Assembly (NCBI RefSeq): GCF_028641065.1
Contig: NC_073383.1
Coordinates: 36,642,001 to 36,706,000, forward strand
DNA: 64,000 nt
Source of the DNA: Leucoraja erinacea
Taxonomy: Eukaryota
Direction of reading: 5' to 3'
Shown: positions 1 through 13,955 of the stretch, piece after piece
How positions within the stretch are numbered: the stretch's first letter is position 1
How the letters are laid out: each line of letters opens with the position of its first letter
Program-made: the position numbers and the translations under genes
Notes under the pieces: model-generated
The model's database searches: none
What the model saw: the letters and a program-made list of their open reading frames with translations, nothing else
What the model was told of the DNA's origin: nothing

Positions 1-262
1 TTAAGGTGAGAGGGGCAAAGTTTAAAGGAGATGTGTGAGACAAGTGTATTACCGAGGGTGGTGAGTGCCTGGAACATGCCGCCACAGGTGGTGGAAGCAG
101 ATATGATAGTTGCATTTTAGAGACTTTTGGATAGGAACATGTATATGCAGGAAATGGAGGGATATGGATTCAGACAAGAGCTGATCTTAGCATCATGGTC
201 AGCGCAGGCATCGTGGGCCGAAGGGCCTGTCCTGTGCTGTACTGTTCCATGTTTTACATTCT
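1..262 (+). mobile_element. CR1/HER1-type LINE 3' end, cut by the window edge
   Basis: Typical CR1 terminal sequence (gtggtgagtgcctggaac...atggagggatatgga...gggccgaagggcctgt) ending in a short-repeat tail. Confidence 0.8.
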
Positions 263-984
263 GGTAAATCTCCTCTGCACTCTATTCTGTATAATTGCGT
301 ACTTCCTATGACACTGTGTAAAACTGGTGTTTTGTACAGAGGGGTTTGCGTATGTTCAGAGGCATTATACTCTATTACATGCGCTTTAGGTTTATCACTT
401 TATTACGTGGGTACTGTACAGATGGATATAACTCTGCTGCTGCTTAACAGTGTGATAGCAATGCTGGATTCAGTGTTTCACTGATTTGCAAGGAACTCCT
501 GAGCATAGTTATGAGACCTGCCCAATACATCACACAGAATTAAAGTACATTGCAGAAATGTGTTTCATGTTCCTTTGTGTGTTGGGAATGACAAAATAAA
601 GCTTGTGGCAACACTGTTCACTTGAAACAGTCTCTCGTGGCTCATTGCAATCTTAGAAATTGCTACATGGGGATACAGAGGAAATGCCGGTTTTCCTGGC
701 ACATCTCGTGGGATATTGATGCAGGTTATTAATATCCAACAATTTACACATGAGTGTTGAACAGTATCTGTGATTCCAGGAACATGGCTTGCTGAGCAAG
801 CATGTGTAATGGCCTCACTGAATTCACCTAAATAATTGTCAAATGTATATGTAACCAGAGCACGTCTTGCCCAAAGGCACCCTCTTGCCCCTCTTGCTGT
901 GAATTTGGCTCCTTAGATTGGTGACAAATTTGTACAACTTTGAACAAACATATGACAATAGACAAATATAATACACATATAATA

Positions 985-2390
985 ATCTTATATGTTTCAA
1001 TAAGATATCCTCTCATCCTTCAAAATTCCAGAGTATAAAAGCCCAGCTGCTCCATTCTCTCAGAATTGAACAGTCTTGCCATCCCGGGAATTAACCTTGT
1101 AAACCTACGCTGCACTCCCTCAATATCAAGAATGTCCTTCCTCAAATTAGGGGACCAAAACTGCACATAGTACTCCAGGTGTGGTCTCGCTAGGGCCCTG
1201 TACAACTGCAGAAAGACCTCTTTGCTCCTAATCTCAACTCCTCTTATTGTGAAGGCCAACATGCCATTTGCTTTCTTCACTGCCTGATGTACCTACATGC
1301 TTACTTTCATTGACTGATGAACAAGGACCCCCAGATCCTGATGTACTTCCCCTTTTCCCAACTTGACACCATTTAGATAATAATCTGCCTTCCTGTTTTT
1401 GCTACTAAAGTGGATAACCTCACATTTATCCACATTAAACTGCATCTGCCATGTATCTGCCCACTCACCCAACCTGCCTAGTCACCCTGCATCCCCATAG
1501 CATCCTCCTCACAGTTCACACTGCCACCCAGCTTTGTGTCATCTGCAAATTTGCTAATGTTACTTTCAATCCCTTCATTTAAATCATTGATGTATATTGT
1601 AAATAGCTGCTGTCCCAGCACTGAGCCTTGTGGTACCCCACTGGTCACTGCCTGCCATTCTGAAAGGGACCCATTAATCCCTACTCTTTGTTTCCTGCTG
1701 CCAACCAATTTTCTATCCATGTCAGCACTCTACCCCCAATACCATGTGCCCTAATTTTGCCCACTAATCTCCTATGTGGGACCTCATCAAATGCTTTCTG
1801 AAAGTCCAGGTACACTACATCCACTGGCTCTCCCTTGTCTTCCTAGTTGCATCCTCAAAAAATTCCAGAAGATTAGTTAAGCATGATTTGCCCTTCGTAA
1901 ATCCATGCTGACTCGGATCGATCCTGTTACTGCTATCCAAATGTGGAAAATGGAAAATGATCACCAATGTGTTCACGATTTCTATAGCCCCTTCCTTAAG
2001 TACCCTGGGATGCACACCATCAGGCCCTGGGGATTTATTAGCCTTCAGTCCCATCAGTCTGCCCAACATCATTTCCTGCCTAATGTGGATTTCCTTCAAT
2101 TCCTCTGTCACCCCAGATCCTCTGGCCACTACTATATCAGGAAGATTGTTTGTGTCCTCCTTACTGAAGATGGATCCAAAGTACCTGTTCAACTCATCTG
2201 CCATTTCCTTGGTCCCCATAATAAATTCACCTTTTTCAGTCTTCAAGGGTCCAACTTTGGTCTTAACTATTTTTTTCCTCTTCACATACCTAAAGAATCT
2301 TTTACTATCCTCCTTTATATTCTTGGCTAACTCACCTCATCTTTTCTCCCCGTATTGCCTTTTTATTTATCTTCTGTTGCTCTTTAAACA
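985..2390 (-). mobile_element. CR1 LINE ORF2 (reverse transcriptase) fragment, degraded, with an internal deletion near 1945
   Basis: ORFs 1478-1720 (VTSGVPQGSVLG..FADDTKL), 1020-1280 (RPHLEY..QFWSP) and 1815-2285 (KSPGPDGVHP, QHGFTKGKSCLTNL). Highly similar to 42692-44617. Confidence 0.95.
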
Positions 2391-2404
2391 TTAAGACAAA
2401 AACA

Positions 2405-2980
2405 AAGGACATTTATAGTTACATACACCAATTGGTGCAGTGAAATTTGAGTTACCATGCAGCACACAAATAAGATAAACACATCACTATAGAATTTAAC
2501 ATAAAACATAAAAACACCCCCCTCAGCGGAATCAATGTTTCCCACTGTGAGGGAAGGCAACAAAGTTCAGTTTTCTTCCTCATGTTCACCCGTGGTTGAG
2601 GCCTATTGAAGCCTCCGCAGTCGCCGCAACAACGGCCCGATGTTTCAGGCCCTCTCGCCGGGATAATCGGGACTCCGGTGTCGGAACGGAAGAACACTCA
2701 GTGGCATGGAGTTTCCGAATTGGCCACTTCCTACTGGAGACCACGGCTTCCGAAGTCCACAGGCCATGCTGGGCAGAGCTCCAACACTGGCGATCCCTGG
2801 CAAAGGATCCCAGGACTCCGCGATGTTAGAGTCAGCGCCGCCCGCGGCTGGAAGCCTCTCAAACCACAGCTCCACGATGTTGAACAGCAGTCCCAACACA
2901 TTGGAGCTTCACATGGCGATCCCCGGTAAGGCCTTGCCCTCTCCACGATGGCAATCCAGAGCTGCGCCACCGCTGATGAT
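2405..2980 (-). mobile_element. CpG-rich non-coding retroposon, family member (3' part)
   Basis: Shares gccttccctcacagtgg and gagctccacgatgtt-type motifs with 22850-23556 and 31437-32283. Confidence 0.6.
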
Positions 2981-2984
2981 CTGA

Positions 2985-3390
2985 CTGGTCTCTGGCAGGC
3001 AAGGCCGCGCCAATCCAGATGGTAGGCACTCCACAAACTACCTTTCTTGGGGTCCAGTATCAACCTGATTTTTGCAATCTACCTGCATGTTGAAATCACC
3101 CGTAACAACCGTAGCATTACCTTTACGACATGCTAATTTTAACTCTTGATTCAACTTGCACCCTATATCCAGGCTACTGCTAGGGGCCCTGTAGATGTCC
3201 CATTAGGGTATTTCTATACATACAATTCCTTAGTTCTATCCATACTGACTCCACATCTCCCGTTTCAATGTCATCCCATGCAAGGGACTGAATTTCATTC
3301 CTCACCAACAGAGCTACCCCACCCCCTGTGCCCACATGTCTGCCTTTTCGAATAGGAGGTATACCCTTGAATATTCAGTTCCCAGGGCTT
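2985..3390 (-). mobile_element. CR1 apurinic endonuclease domain fragment
   Basis: Minus strand reads WELNIQGY...GDFNMQVD, typical of the CR1 endonuclease. Confidence 0.8.
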
Positions 3391-3511
3391 ATTATTCTTC
3401 TAAGGAGTGGGAATAATGAATTCTTAGACCCTTTATGCCTGCTGGCCAAGCATTTTGCATGTTGCTCAACATAAGGATACTGGCCTATTAATACAAGACC
3501 TCCAATAGAAA

Positions 3512-3700
3512 GGAGACACAAGAGACTGCAGGTGCTGGAACCTTGAGCAAAAAAAGCAAACGGCTGGAAGATCTCACTGGGTCAGGCAGCATCAGTGAAG
3601 GCAAATTAACAGATGATGTTTTGGGTTGGGGTTCTTTTTCTGAATTACGCAGTAGAGCAGAGAAGGTTGGCGGAGATGAGTGGAAGGAGTGGGATAAGAA
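3512..3700 (-). mobile_element. Degraded Penelope-like terminal repeat
   Basis: gacacaagagactgcaggtgctgg...gggtcaggcagcatc motif shared with the other copies. Confidence 0.6.
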
Positions 3701-4547
3701 CTGGCTAGTGATGGGTCCATACGGATGAGGAGGTATTTCCAACTACAGATACTTCCGATAGAAAACCGTCTGAATAGAAATAGAACAGGGCAGTTTGGTG
3801 TACTGATCCCTGATTCCAATTGTAATACATGGACTTTAAGGGGATCGGGTGGAAGATGGGCAGCTGGAGATCCTGATTGATCTTCACCACACTTGTATTT
3901 TTGTAACTTTCCACCTTACCAGCTCCTCCATCTGAACCTTACGTTGATTTGGATGAAAGCAGATGTGGAGCGTGTTGAAGGTGGAAATTAGTGGCAAGCC
4001 TGGGCAAGGAACATCTTTGTATGACCTGATGCTGCTAGTAGTGAGGAAATCTAAAGAAGCTTCGTTAACTTGTACTATACGCAGCTCTCCCACAAGTGAC
4101 CTCGAAACAGGCCTGATCTTACAAGCTAGCCATCTCTACTTGCGCTCTGGCCTTGTCCTGAAGAGGTGGGACATGTCCTTTTGCCTGTCTTACACACAAT
4201 ACAGCAATGAGTGAAATAAAAGCAGAAAATCTGGAAACTGAGTTCAGGCAGCATGTGTGGAAAGAGAAACAGTTAACATTTAGGTCAGAGATCCATAGTT
4301 AGAATTGTAAAATGGAGAAACAAGATGGGCAATGGAAAGGAGTGGAACAGAGGGACAATGTGTGCACTGGGTGCAGCACATTAGACTGAGAGATGTGCAC
4401 CTAAGAAGATTGGATAGTGTGAAGGGAAGAGGTGAAAGGGGCAGACCTCTATCACTGATTTCCATTTGTTTTGATTTTCTATTTGATTCATTCCATTAAG
4501 GCCACTTTGCGATCAACCTCTGGGCCTTCCAAATCTACAAATAAACA

Positions 4548-4950
4548 AGGTGGCAGAGTAGACAGCTACTTGAGTTGCTGCCTCATAGCTCCAGCGATCC
4601 AGGTTCAATCCTGACCTCTGGTGCTGTTCATTGTAATTTGTATGTTCTCTACTGCGTGGGGTTCCTCCTAGTGCTCCAGAGACATGCTAACTTGAAGGTT
4701 AATTGCCCACTGTAAAATGTCATGAATGTTTAGCGAATGGTAAAATCTGCAGAGAATGAAAATGGCTTGCTTGATGATTGCCACAGACTCAGTGGGCTGA
4801 AGATAGACACAAAATGCTGGAGTAATTGAGTGGGACAGGTAGCATCTCTGGAGAGAAGGAATGGGTGGTGTTTCGGGTCGAGACCCTTCTTCAGACTTCT
4901 TCAGACAGTGGGCTGAAGAGTCAGTTTCATTGCGATCTGACTCTATGACC
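4548..4950 (+). mobile_element. HE1-like tRNA-derived V-SINE, interrupted by a Penelope unit at 4801-4905
   Basis: tRNA-like head (ttgctgcctcatagctccagcgatccaggttcaatcc) and V-core. The flank cagtgggctgaaga is duplicated around the insert. Confidence 0.75.
4801..4905 (-). mobile_element. Short Penelope-derived unit with a hammerhead-like core
   Basis: Reverse complement reads ctgaagaagggtctcgacccgaaacacc...ccagagatgct...ccagcattttgtgtct. Confidence 0.75.
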
Positions 4951-5754
4951 AGGTCAACATGAGTAACATGAAAAAATAGGGTGACGACCCCAGCATAGAG
5001 GTGGTGTAGGGAGACTTCCTGCTGCCACAGAAGGTAGTTCTTAGATTGAGCAGTATTACTCCTGAGTTGTCACAAAAACAAAAGGTGTATGTGTTTAGCT
5101 CTATTGGCTCACTTTTAAAAACATTTTCAGTTTTAACTGTAAATCGTGCTGAGGTACATTTTCACGGTATCCACAGTTCTCAGATTGCTTTATCCAAGTA
5201 ACTGATTTTTATATACCTGTAAACAGCTAGCACCAGTGGGTTAGACATCACAGTCTATTTTGAAGTCCTGCTTTGTCCTAATGTCTGTACAATTCTGTAA
5301 AGTAGTCATTGGGTAATGGTTGAGATTGGTTGCCTAGTCTGGGTGTTCTCACCCTCTTCCGGTAAGGATATGGCGATCAACTACAGAGCTGCAAATTCCC
5401 CGTGAAAGATCGCTCACACCAACTTGTTCAATAAGGCAGCTCCCTGTACGTTTCACATTAATGTGTCAACTAGAAAGAAGAAGCATGAATACTTAATACT
5501 CATCTTAATTGAAATAAGGAGAGTAAAATAATTAAATTCAATGCAGCAATTAATTTATTTTAATTTGCTGTGTTTACACTTAGGCTTAATCTTAGGAGCA
5601 TGTCTGAACACACCAGACAAATCTAATTTCAGAAAAGGACCAAATGAGCTTACTATTAAAGGAATTGCAAGGAAGAAAGTTTTACTGATAAAAATGAATA
5701 AAACTGTCAGGGACTATCTCAAAAGTCAAGAATGACTATTCATCAGGTTTGGAC

Positions 5755-5960
5755 AGGGTGCCACAGTGTTGCAGCTGGAGGAGCAGCTGCCTCATAGATC
5801 CAGTGAACGGGTTCACACCTCATCTCGAGTGCCATCTGTGTGGAGTTTGCATGTTCTCCCTGTACCTGCGTGGGTTTCCCCCTTGGTACTCCAGTTTTCA
5901 CCCAAATCCCAAAGGAGTGCAGGATGATAAGTTTATTGGCTGCTTCAAGTTGCACTAACA
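5755..5960 (+). mobile_element. HE1-like SINE
   Basis: A/B-box-like head and V-core tgtgtggagtttgcatgttctccctgt...gcgtgggtttcc. Confidence 0.75.
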
Positions 5961-8110
5961 TGAAGGTTGCACAAAAAGGTACCCCGTGGAAGTGAAGGTT
6001 ATAGGAATCAAGTGAAAACTCTCCAGTGGGAGGAATGGTATCTGGGACATCAGGATGTCGTTATAAGTGAAGAGCAATCAACACACACAACTTTCCTCAG
6101 ACTGTAATACTTCATCAATAACCTTTCCTCCGCGATAAAGCCAGAATTGGGACTGTTCACTGACTGCATGATTCCCAGTTCTGCGTTGTTTTGCTTTAAA
6201 CATCTCTTCAGCATTTATTGGCATCATCATCACCCAGTTCCTCAACATCAGTACTTTGGGTGACCAATAACCCACCTGCCCCAGTCATGTAAATGTGACA
6301 AATGTTTAAACCCACCAGTCATGGATTTCAAGAGACTGTAGCAACTTGATAAAGCAATTCATTTCAAAGATGCCTTATTCACCAGCCTAGACATGCAAAC
6401 TTTCATCTTAAGCAAACAATGGATGTTGCATGAGTGGCTGGCATTTTGCACAACTGCAAGCTGTCTTCAGCAGGCTCTCGCCATCTAGAAGAACAAGGGC
6501 AGACTATGGTGCAATAAGAACAAGATCATTTGGTTACCCCTGTAAGTCGCTACTATTCTGACCTGAACATACTTTGGTACTCTATTGATCTGTCGGGTCA
6601 AACTCAATGCCAACAACCCTGTGTAAGCATTTACACTGCAAAAAACTACAGCTGGGCTGGAACTTGCCATCACCCCTTTCAAGATAATGAGAAATTGCCA
6701 CCCTAGATAGCAATGTTCATAGCTGAGGAAATTATTATTTTTAATCCATCTTTCTTCTTCCGGTCCCTTGCTCTCCCTTCCCTTTCCCTCTTTCCCCAGA
6801 GGCATGAATTGATACTTTTGACTAATCACATACTTAATGAAACCGGTCATGTAGAATAAGTTAGGCAATAATGTATGATTTCACTAACCACGTTATAATG
6901 AATATTCTGAAACTAATACTATTAAATACTTTACAGCAAAGTCATTGGTTCTATTATGACTCAATGAAGTGTACATCGTTTCTCTGGAGGGCATATAAAT
7001 TGATGTTAAAATTTGGAAATGAATTTGCAATGCACTTATCAAATCAGTGACCACCCTCCTCATTAAATTGCTAAAGGTCAGTAACTCCCACTCCAGAATT
7101 AGTCACAGAATGATATCGCTGAAAAGTGAGCTCTCTGAGGCTTCACTAAACAGTGTGGGGCAAGAAGTGGTATTGAAGCAACTCGCCCGTTTTGAAATGG
7201 TAACAAGAACTGAATACACCAGTTGTATCAATGCATTGGTATGAGCATGGGTGAGGCTGCATTTCATTCTTTGATATGTGATCAAGCATTGGTGTTACAT
7301 TCAGCTCACAATCCTTAACTGCAGTTTGCAAAGCTGTATCACGAGGCTGTGAGGTATCCAAAAAGCTTACATAAACCAAAATAATCCTGTTACCATCCAT
7401 CAATCCTTAAATCGATTGGATCACATTTAGTCACTAAGTAGCGATTAACAATGGAACTAATGGTAAAAGCCTTCCTCGCAGAGCATCATTAACTATTTGG
7501 AGAATAATCCATTGCCAAAAGGGGGAAAAGAGGTGGCTTTTTAGTGGAGGATAATTTTAAATTGATTTCCAGTCGAGTTAGTATGAATCTAATGACAGCT
7601 CCTTTGTGAAATTTTATGTAATCAAAGACATAGCAAATTATTGCCTGCAAGTAGGCCAGTTAATCAAAAAAATCACCACATCACTGCAGAGACAGAAAAT
7701 CCTTAAAGTCATAATTATTTAATGCGGAGAACTTAATTTTTTCTCAGCTTTCCTTTTCATATGCAATTCTATCAGATCTTGATATGCACGGGAATAAACA
7801 ACATAGAGCTTTGGTTAAAAAATAACTGTGAGCCAAGGGGGTAGCTGGTGATAAACCGGCTTCATCTGCACCCAAAACGGATGCTCAAACATGAAAATGT
7901 TGTGTGAAAATCATGGCAGACGAACTGAGACATGGGATGCACATTGGTCATTCATATTATTAATGCGTCAGCTCATGACCAGAGTACTGATAGCATAGTC
8001 TGTGCTAATTGAGTAAGGACATTAACCTTACCTCAAGGATAGACCAAGAGGTAAAATCTTTAAAAAGAGATTCCAGCATTTTATTAAGTATAGAGTTAGA
8101 ATAACGAGGG

Positions 8111-8200
8111 CAGACACAAAATGCTGTAGTAACGCAGCGGGACAGGCAGCATCTCTGGAGAGAAGGAATGGGTGATGTTTCGGGTCGAGACCCTTCTTCG
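8111..8200 (-). mobile_element. Short Penelope-derived unit
   Basis: gacacaaaatgctg...gtttcgggtcgagacccttcttc. Confidence 0.75.
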
Positions 8201-9319
8201 GAATAACAAGGGACCTTGTTTTCTTGCTTTAATTTTGTGTAATCAGGAAGGAAATTTGTACTAGCTTCACAGAATTAAATTGCGAATGGTACCAAGAAAT
8301 TGCACAAGCTTTATCGCTCAGACTAAAGGACATTTGGCCTAATTGGCTTTTGCTGTTCACTCTTCTCACTGTGGTCCAAACTAGAAGAAACTAAAATGAT
8401 TCCAGTACTTGAAGCAAGCCTTGTCATGTCAATCGCATGCTCTTCTCCCGTTCTCTATCCACGGCCACTCGCATACATAGCTGTATCATGTGGGGCTCCC
8501 ATGTCTTCATGCTCCTGCCCAAGAATAGTGGTTAAATAGCTACAGCCTTCTGGGCAACTTGGGTGCTGTATGATTCTATGTCTTCCACGGGGGCAGGGGG
8601 AGGGGTTGGGGTGTGTGAAGTTGTGTCGGGGATGGCAGCATCAATAGCATGTTTAGTAAATGCATTGGAATTACAAGCCTCAATCTAATTTAATATCTGA
8701 AAATGGGCCTGCAGTGCAATCTCTGTCAATGTCAATGCCGTATTGAGAGCTCTGATTTTAACTCTTTCACTAACTCTGCATTCTGTGTGACTGTGATCAT
8801 GTGGCCATTTGATCTGTAATCTTTTACAATCACCTCTCCCTGCATCTCCTACCATCAGCTTGACAGGATCGCCCTTGCTTGATTGTACATCTCTAGCAAC
8901 AGTTTTTTGATGAATGTTCCCAGCATCTAGGCCCAATGTCTTTATTTCTAAGCTGGTATATGAGCCACAGTCCCAGTAATTATGGAAATGTTGGAGGGAA
9001 TGGGAGAACAGGTGCAGCGGCAAGCAACCTCAGACATGCAATCATTAAATATTTATCGTCCAGAAGGAGGCCATTTGGTCCATTATGTCTGGGCAAGTCA
9101 ATCGAGAATTTCCAGGCTGAGCTCATCTTACATCACTGGATCTGTTGCCCTGCTTGTCACATCTCTTGTAGAGCACTATAACTGAAAAGGTTTTCTTCCT
9201 CTCCCACCTTTTCAGGTTGAAGTTTGCGGCACCACTACCTCTGTGGTGAAATAATTATTCTCCTCTCATTATTCCCCTCTTAACTCTCCTCTAATCCTTC
9301 TACCAGCATCTCCATATCA

Positions 9320-9745
9320 ACTCTTATCTACACTTCAAACTGCCTTGGGAAAGCAGCCAATCTGATCAAGGACCACTCATACCAAGGTCATTCCTTCTTC
9401 TCCGCACTCCCGTCAGGCAGAAGATACAAAAGCTTGAAAGCATGTACCACCAGATTCTAAAAAACAGCTTGTTTGGCGCTGCTGTTGGACACTTATATGG
9501 ATCTCACACATGCTTAGAATGTATTCCCCATTATCCAAACGACCTCATTGTGGCTCTTGCACTTTTTTTAACCTGGAACATTATCTATATTTGTAATAAT
9601 ATTCTGCACTCTATTTCATTTCTCTTTTTGCATTATTTATTGTATGATATGATTATATTATGTATGGTATGATCTGTCTGGACCTCATGCAAAACAGTTA
9701 TTCACTGTATCATCCACACATAAAATAATAAACTAAAACAATAAA
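9320..9745 (+). mobile_element. Rex1/Babar LINE 3' end, degraded
   Basis: cactcccgtcaggcagaagatacaaaagcttg (PSGRRY-type C-terminus) and a tail ttcactgta...aataaactaaa. Confidence 0.65.
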
Positions 9746-10621
9746 TTCCCCCCCGAGCCTCCAATATATTTGTTTGCTGTAAACACCAGTCCAGTGGCAG
9801 GGCAGGATTTATTTTACCATCCATTGTTTACTTGCTGGAAAGGAACCAGGTTTGATAACTTGCTGGAAGAGCTTTGGCGCCAGGTTTTTCAGAGACCAGA
9901 GAGCAGGAGTGTGAATGTGGGGAAATATCAGCTGTATGAATTATTGGAAGCACTGTGGTCCCCGACTAAGACAAGTTGCGAAATGACCACAGAGCATAAT
10001 TAAGGACCAGAGGGATCACAGAATGAGTCAGCAGCATAGGTAAACACACGCCCCGACCCAACCTGTGCTGGACCTGTCCACTCACGCCTCTAATCTGCAG
10101 TCAATCTTAAACTAATTACGAGTTTTCCTAAATCGATGAGTGAAGTCACCTATTCCTCTCCCCACTCTGCCCACAATGGAAATGCCACTGAAGAGAAGCA
10201 CATCAGGTAGCATGCACAGAGAAAGAAAAACAGTCAGCATTTCAGATCAATTAATGAAGATGATGATGACTCATTTGACTGACTACTGTCAGACCATGGT
10301 CAGGCTTTTTAATATCTCTTGAAACCCATCAGTCATTCAATGGTCTTCATCCAGTTTTTCTGGCTCGAGTTTCCTATCAGAAGCTTTGTGAAGTTCATTC
10401 CTCTCGGAATCCATTCACCACTTTTCTCCAATAAGACTTTCTTTATCCATCTCTTTGGCCAACTTTTCAGTCATCTACATATGACTTGGTGTGGGATAGG
10501 ACACAGGCAACAGTGGTAATGGGAGAGGATGGGACACTAAAGGGCAAACGTTAAAGGAATGGAGTTCATAGTATCTGAATGATTTAGAGTATACCAAGCA
10601 TGGATCAAAGGTGATGTTACG

Positions 10622-11349
10622 GAGACAACAACCTGGAGCTTAATGGTCTTAAGACAGTGGAATTGATTGTAGAATTTAGGAGGGATCCCCCTCCCCTCAC
10701 CCCACTCACCATCAACAACATCACAGTCACATCTGTGGAGTCTTTTAAGTTCCTGGGAACCATCATCTCCAAGGACCGTAAATGGGGGGCCACCATCGAC
10801 TCCACGGTTAAAAAGGCACAACAGAGGATGTACTTCCTGCAGCAGCTGAGGAAGCACAATCTGCCACAGGCAATGATAGTCCAATTCTATACGGCCATCG
10901 TAGAGTCTGTCCTCACCTTCTCCATCATGGTCTGGTTTGGCTCGGCCACCAAGCGCGACATCTGGAGGCTGCAGCGAATTGTCCGATTAGCTGAGAAGGT
11001 TATTGGTTGCGACCTTCCCTCCATTGACGAACTGTACACTGCAAGGTACTCTTTAAATCACTTCCCTCTGGAAGACGACTACAGACTGTCAAAGATGCCA
11101 CAGCTAGACATAAAAACAGATTTTTTTCCACGTAGTAGCTCTACACATTAACCAAAAATCTGTAGCCTCCTTTTGCTCTGGTATTTTATTTAAATCACAT
11201 GCTTAATAGATAATGTTTTATTATTAATGTTTAATGTTTTATGTGTCATTCCGAACTGTCACTGTATGCCATGTTGTCATTTGCGGGTGGAACACCAATG
11301 CAAATTCCTTGTATGTCAATACTTGGCCAATAGACTTATTCATAAACTT
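10622..11349 (+). mobile_element. Rex1/Babar LINE, 5'-truncated (RT C-terminal region plus 3' UTR)
   Basis: ORF 10657-11151 (SFKFLGTIIS..KKAQQRMYFL..FYTAIVESVLT). Near-identical to 25052-25650. Confidence 0.9.
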
Positions 11350-12669
11350 TTTTCTAATTCATTTTTATTTGAAGCAATTGTACAAGGATAAGACGATCAG
11401 CATAACAATTATACAATTATTGTACAGCTTTTTATTGACCATTAACTTATTCATAAACTTAATAAACCTAACTTAATTCATTGACTTAATCATTGACTTA
11501 TTCATAAACTTAAACTAGAAATAGTGGAGATATACAGAGTTTAGACCATGGACAGTCCGATTCAGATGGAGTTGGACAAACAGAATCAGAGGTGAAAGTG
11601 CAAAACTGGTGGCATGCTCTTTTTGACAGGTATCTCGCCCTACTCTGAAGAAGGATCCCAATCCAAAACATCATTTGTCCATTTCCCTTCACTGATGCTG
11701 CCTGACCTGTTGAATTCCATTAGTAGTTTGTTTATTCACCCAAGATTGCAGCATCTGCAATCTTGTGTCTCCATGGGAATAATGATGATTGCTTTCATCT
11801 TCCTAATGCTGAATTGTAGGAAGTTTAGACTCATCCAAGACTTGATGTTGGATAAATAACAACCAAAGGTGGACAATTGTCCACTACCTTAAAGGGGGGA
11901 TAATAGCTTATATAGGAGGATGTGGAACATTTTGCTCCAGTCAAGTGCTCTTTGTCCTGGTCCATATCATGTAGGATGTAAGAAATAATTTCTAATTTTT
12001 ATGGAATGAAGCTATAGCTACAGGTGAGTTCATGTATTTTGTTCATTTTTTAAAAGATACATTATAAGTGTCCAGTCTATACACATTAAATAATTAAGGT
12101 GAATCTAGGACTCACTTGGAGCATTTTCCAACCCCTATGCTATTTAACAGCTCAACAACTTAATTGTATTCTGACATTTTTTTACTACTTATGTTGAGTT
12201 GAGTGATCATCTAATTTACAGAAAGTGCAATGAAAACTTCACCAAGCGGGAAAAGGCAGGCCTGCGTTGCCACACAGCCTCCAGGACCCTGCATGCATGT
12301 GGCACCCGTTCCCCCATTCTGTGTTGATCATTTCAAACTTTGTCCTGCCAACTGCAAACATTCATGGACAGACATCCCTAGCCCTTCCCATCGTCCCCTC
12401 TGATGTTTAATTTAAAGTACTTGTTACATTTCTGGACAAAGCAAACCTCTTCACACTAGATTGATTAGATTTCATGTCACATGCCGGTCCATATCTACAA
12501 TTATACTGTGATCTCCTACTATTCTCCTCATTGGTTATGACAGTTTGAAGTTTGATGTCATCTGGAAACTTTGAAATTTTACTTTTCACATCTGTCCAGT
12601 CTTTAATAGGCATCAAAAAGAGCACTGACCTTAAAATAAACATATTTCACTGGAGTCTTTGATGTTCCT

Positions 12670-12945
12670 TCTGAGGTTCCAAAGTGTGTTACAGACAAGG
12701 TAGTACCCTTGAAATGCAGACATTGTCATAATGTAGGAAAAACCACCATCCAATTTAGATGCAGCAGGCCCCTACATGCAGCAATCAAGTTGCCCCAAGT
12801 AATTCTGGCTGTACCTAATGTTGAATAAAAAGGTTAAACCTCAGCAAGGACGGCAACAGAACAGTCATGTGGGTCTTTGTACATCCACTCAAGAGCAGGT
12901 TCAGTTCAACCGAATGATGTTGCCTGCAGTCACCCTTAGTACTGA
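12670..12945 (-). mobile_element. Ancient DeuSINE-like (SacSINE1-type) relic
   Basis: Resembles the reverse complement of the Deu domain (ccaaagtgtgttacag...ttgaaatgcagacattgtcataatgtaggaaa...ccaattt); highly diverged. Confidence 0.45.
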
Positions 12946-12967
12946 ACAAAAATTTACCCCAAAAACT

Positions 12968-13097
12968 TTAGTCTGAAGAAGGGTCTCGACCCGAAACATC
13001 ACCTATTCCTTTTCTCCAGATAAGCTGACTGACCCGCTGAGTTACTCCAGCTTTTTGTGTCTTATCTTTGGTTTAAACCAACTTCTGCAGTTCCTAC
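12968..13097 (+). mobile_element. Short Penelope-derived unit starting at a hammerhead-like core
   Basis: CTGAAGA-A-GGGTCTCGACCC-GAAACATC at 12973-13000, followed by the shared downstream sequence. Confidence 0.75.
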
Positions 13098-13179
13098 AAA
13101 TTTACACCAGGAGTCTCTGGAGTGGAACTGTGAGCTTTCAACCTTCCGATTCACAAGCAAAGGAGTTACTAAGTGAAGT

Positions 13180-13640
13180 CACAAGACTGCAGGAGCTGTA
13201 ATCTTGAACAAAAAAACCCCAAACAAACTGCTGGAGGAACTCAGCAGGTCAGGCAGCATCTATGGAGGGAAGTGGTTTGACAATATTTCGGGTTGGGACC
13301 CTTCTTCAGACTGCTGGAACAGAGGTGAATGGGTGGAAGAAAGAGGTATCTAGCAGCGTAAAGAGGGTTGGCCCAAATTTGTATGCAGTCTATCTTCTGA
13401 CCCATCACTAACCTTGCCACTTAGAGAGAGACAGAGTGGTCTAGCAATAAGGAGGCACCCACATGAAAATGATTTAGAAGTGTTCAGTCAGCGAAGGTCT
13501 TCAGGACTCCAAACTGAAGAAGGGTTCCAACCGAAACGCCTTCTATCCATTTCCCTCCACAGATACTGCCTGGCCCACTGAGTTCCTCCAGCACTTCCTT
13601 TTTTTGCTTAAGAAGCCTGCCTCCCCAGTCCCCTGCATTT
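13180..13640. mobile_element. Inverted pair of Penelope-like terminal repeats around a ~190-bp spacer
   Basis: 13228-13312 (ctgctggaggaactcagcaggtcaggcagcatctatggaggg) is reverse-complementary to 13513-13594. Confidence 0.7.
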
Positions 13641-13784
13641 CCCTCAGGGATGCAGTGTTGTTAGGACAGTGAGCTTGCTCAACTGGCCATGAAATCTTTC
13701 GCACAGCTGTCAAAGAAACTACTCAGCAAAAGAACATCTGTTGTTCCTCTGAAATATGAAGGAGCTAAAATATTTCATTCTCAT

Positions 13785-13955
13785 CAATTCCTCCCAGATT
13801 CTGCCACTCTCCCACACACGGGAGCCAATTAACCTAACAACCTGCACATCTTTAAAATGTGGGCAGAAACTGGAGTACTCGGGGGAAACCCTGGTAGTCA
13901 CAGGGAGAACATGAAAACCTTGCACTAACAACACTGGAGCTCATTGAAGCTGTAA
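13785..13955 (-). mobile_element. HE1-like SINE fragment
   Basis: Reverse complement of the V-core (gaaaccctggtagtcacagggagaacatg). Confidence 0.65.

Noticed and set aside
9770-10003. 77-aa ORF in unique sequence (also 38637-38822 and 46955-47140)
   Set aside because: No recognisable domain or convincing splice context; ORFs of this length are expected by chance.
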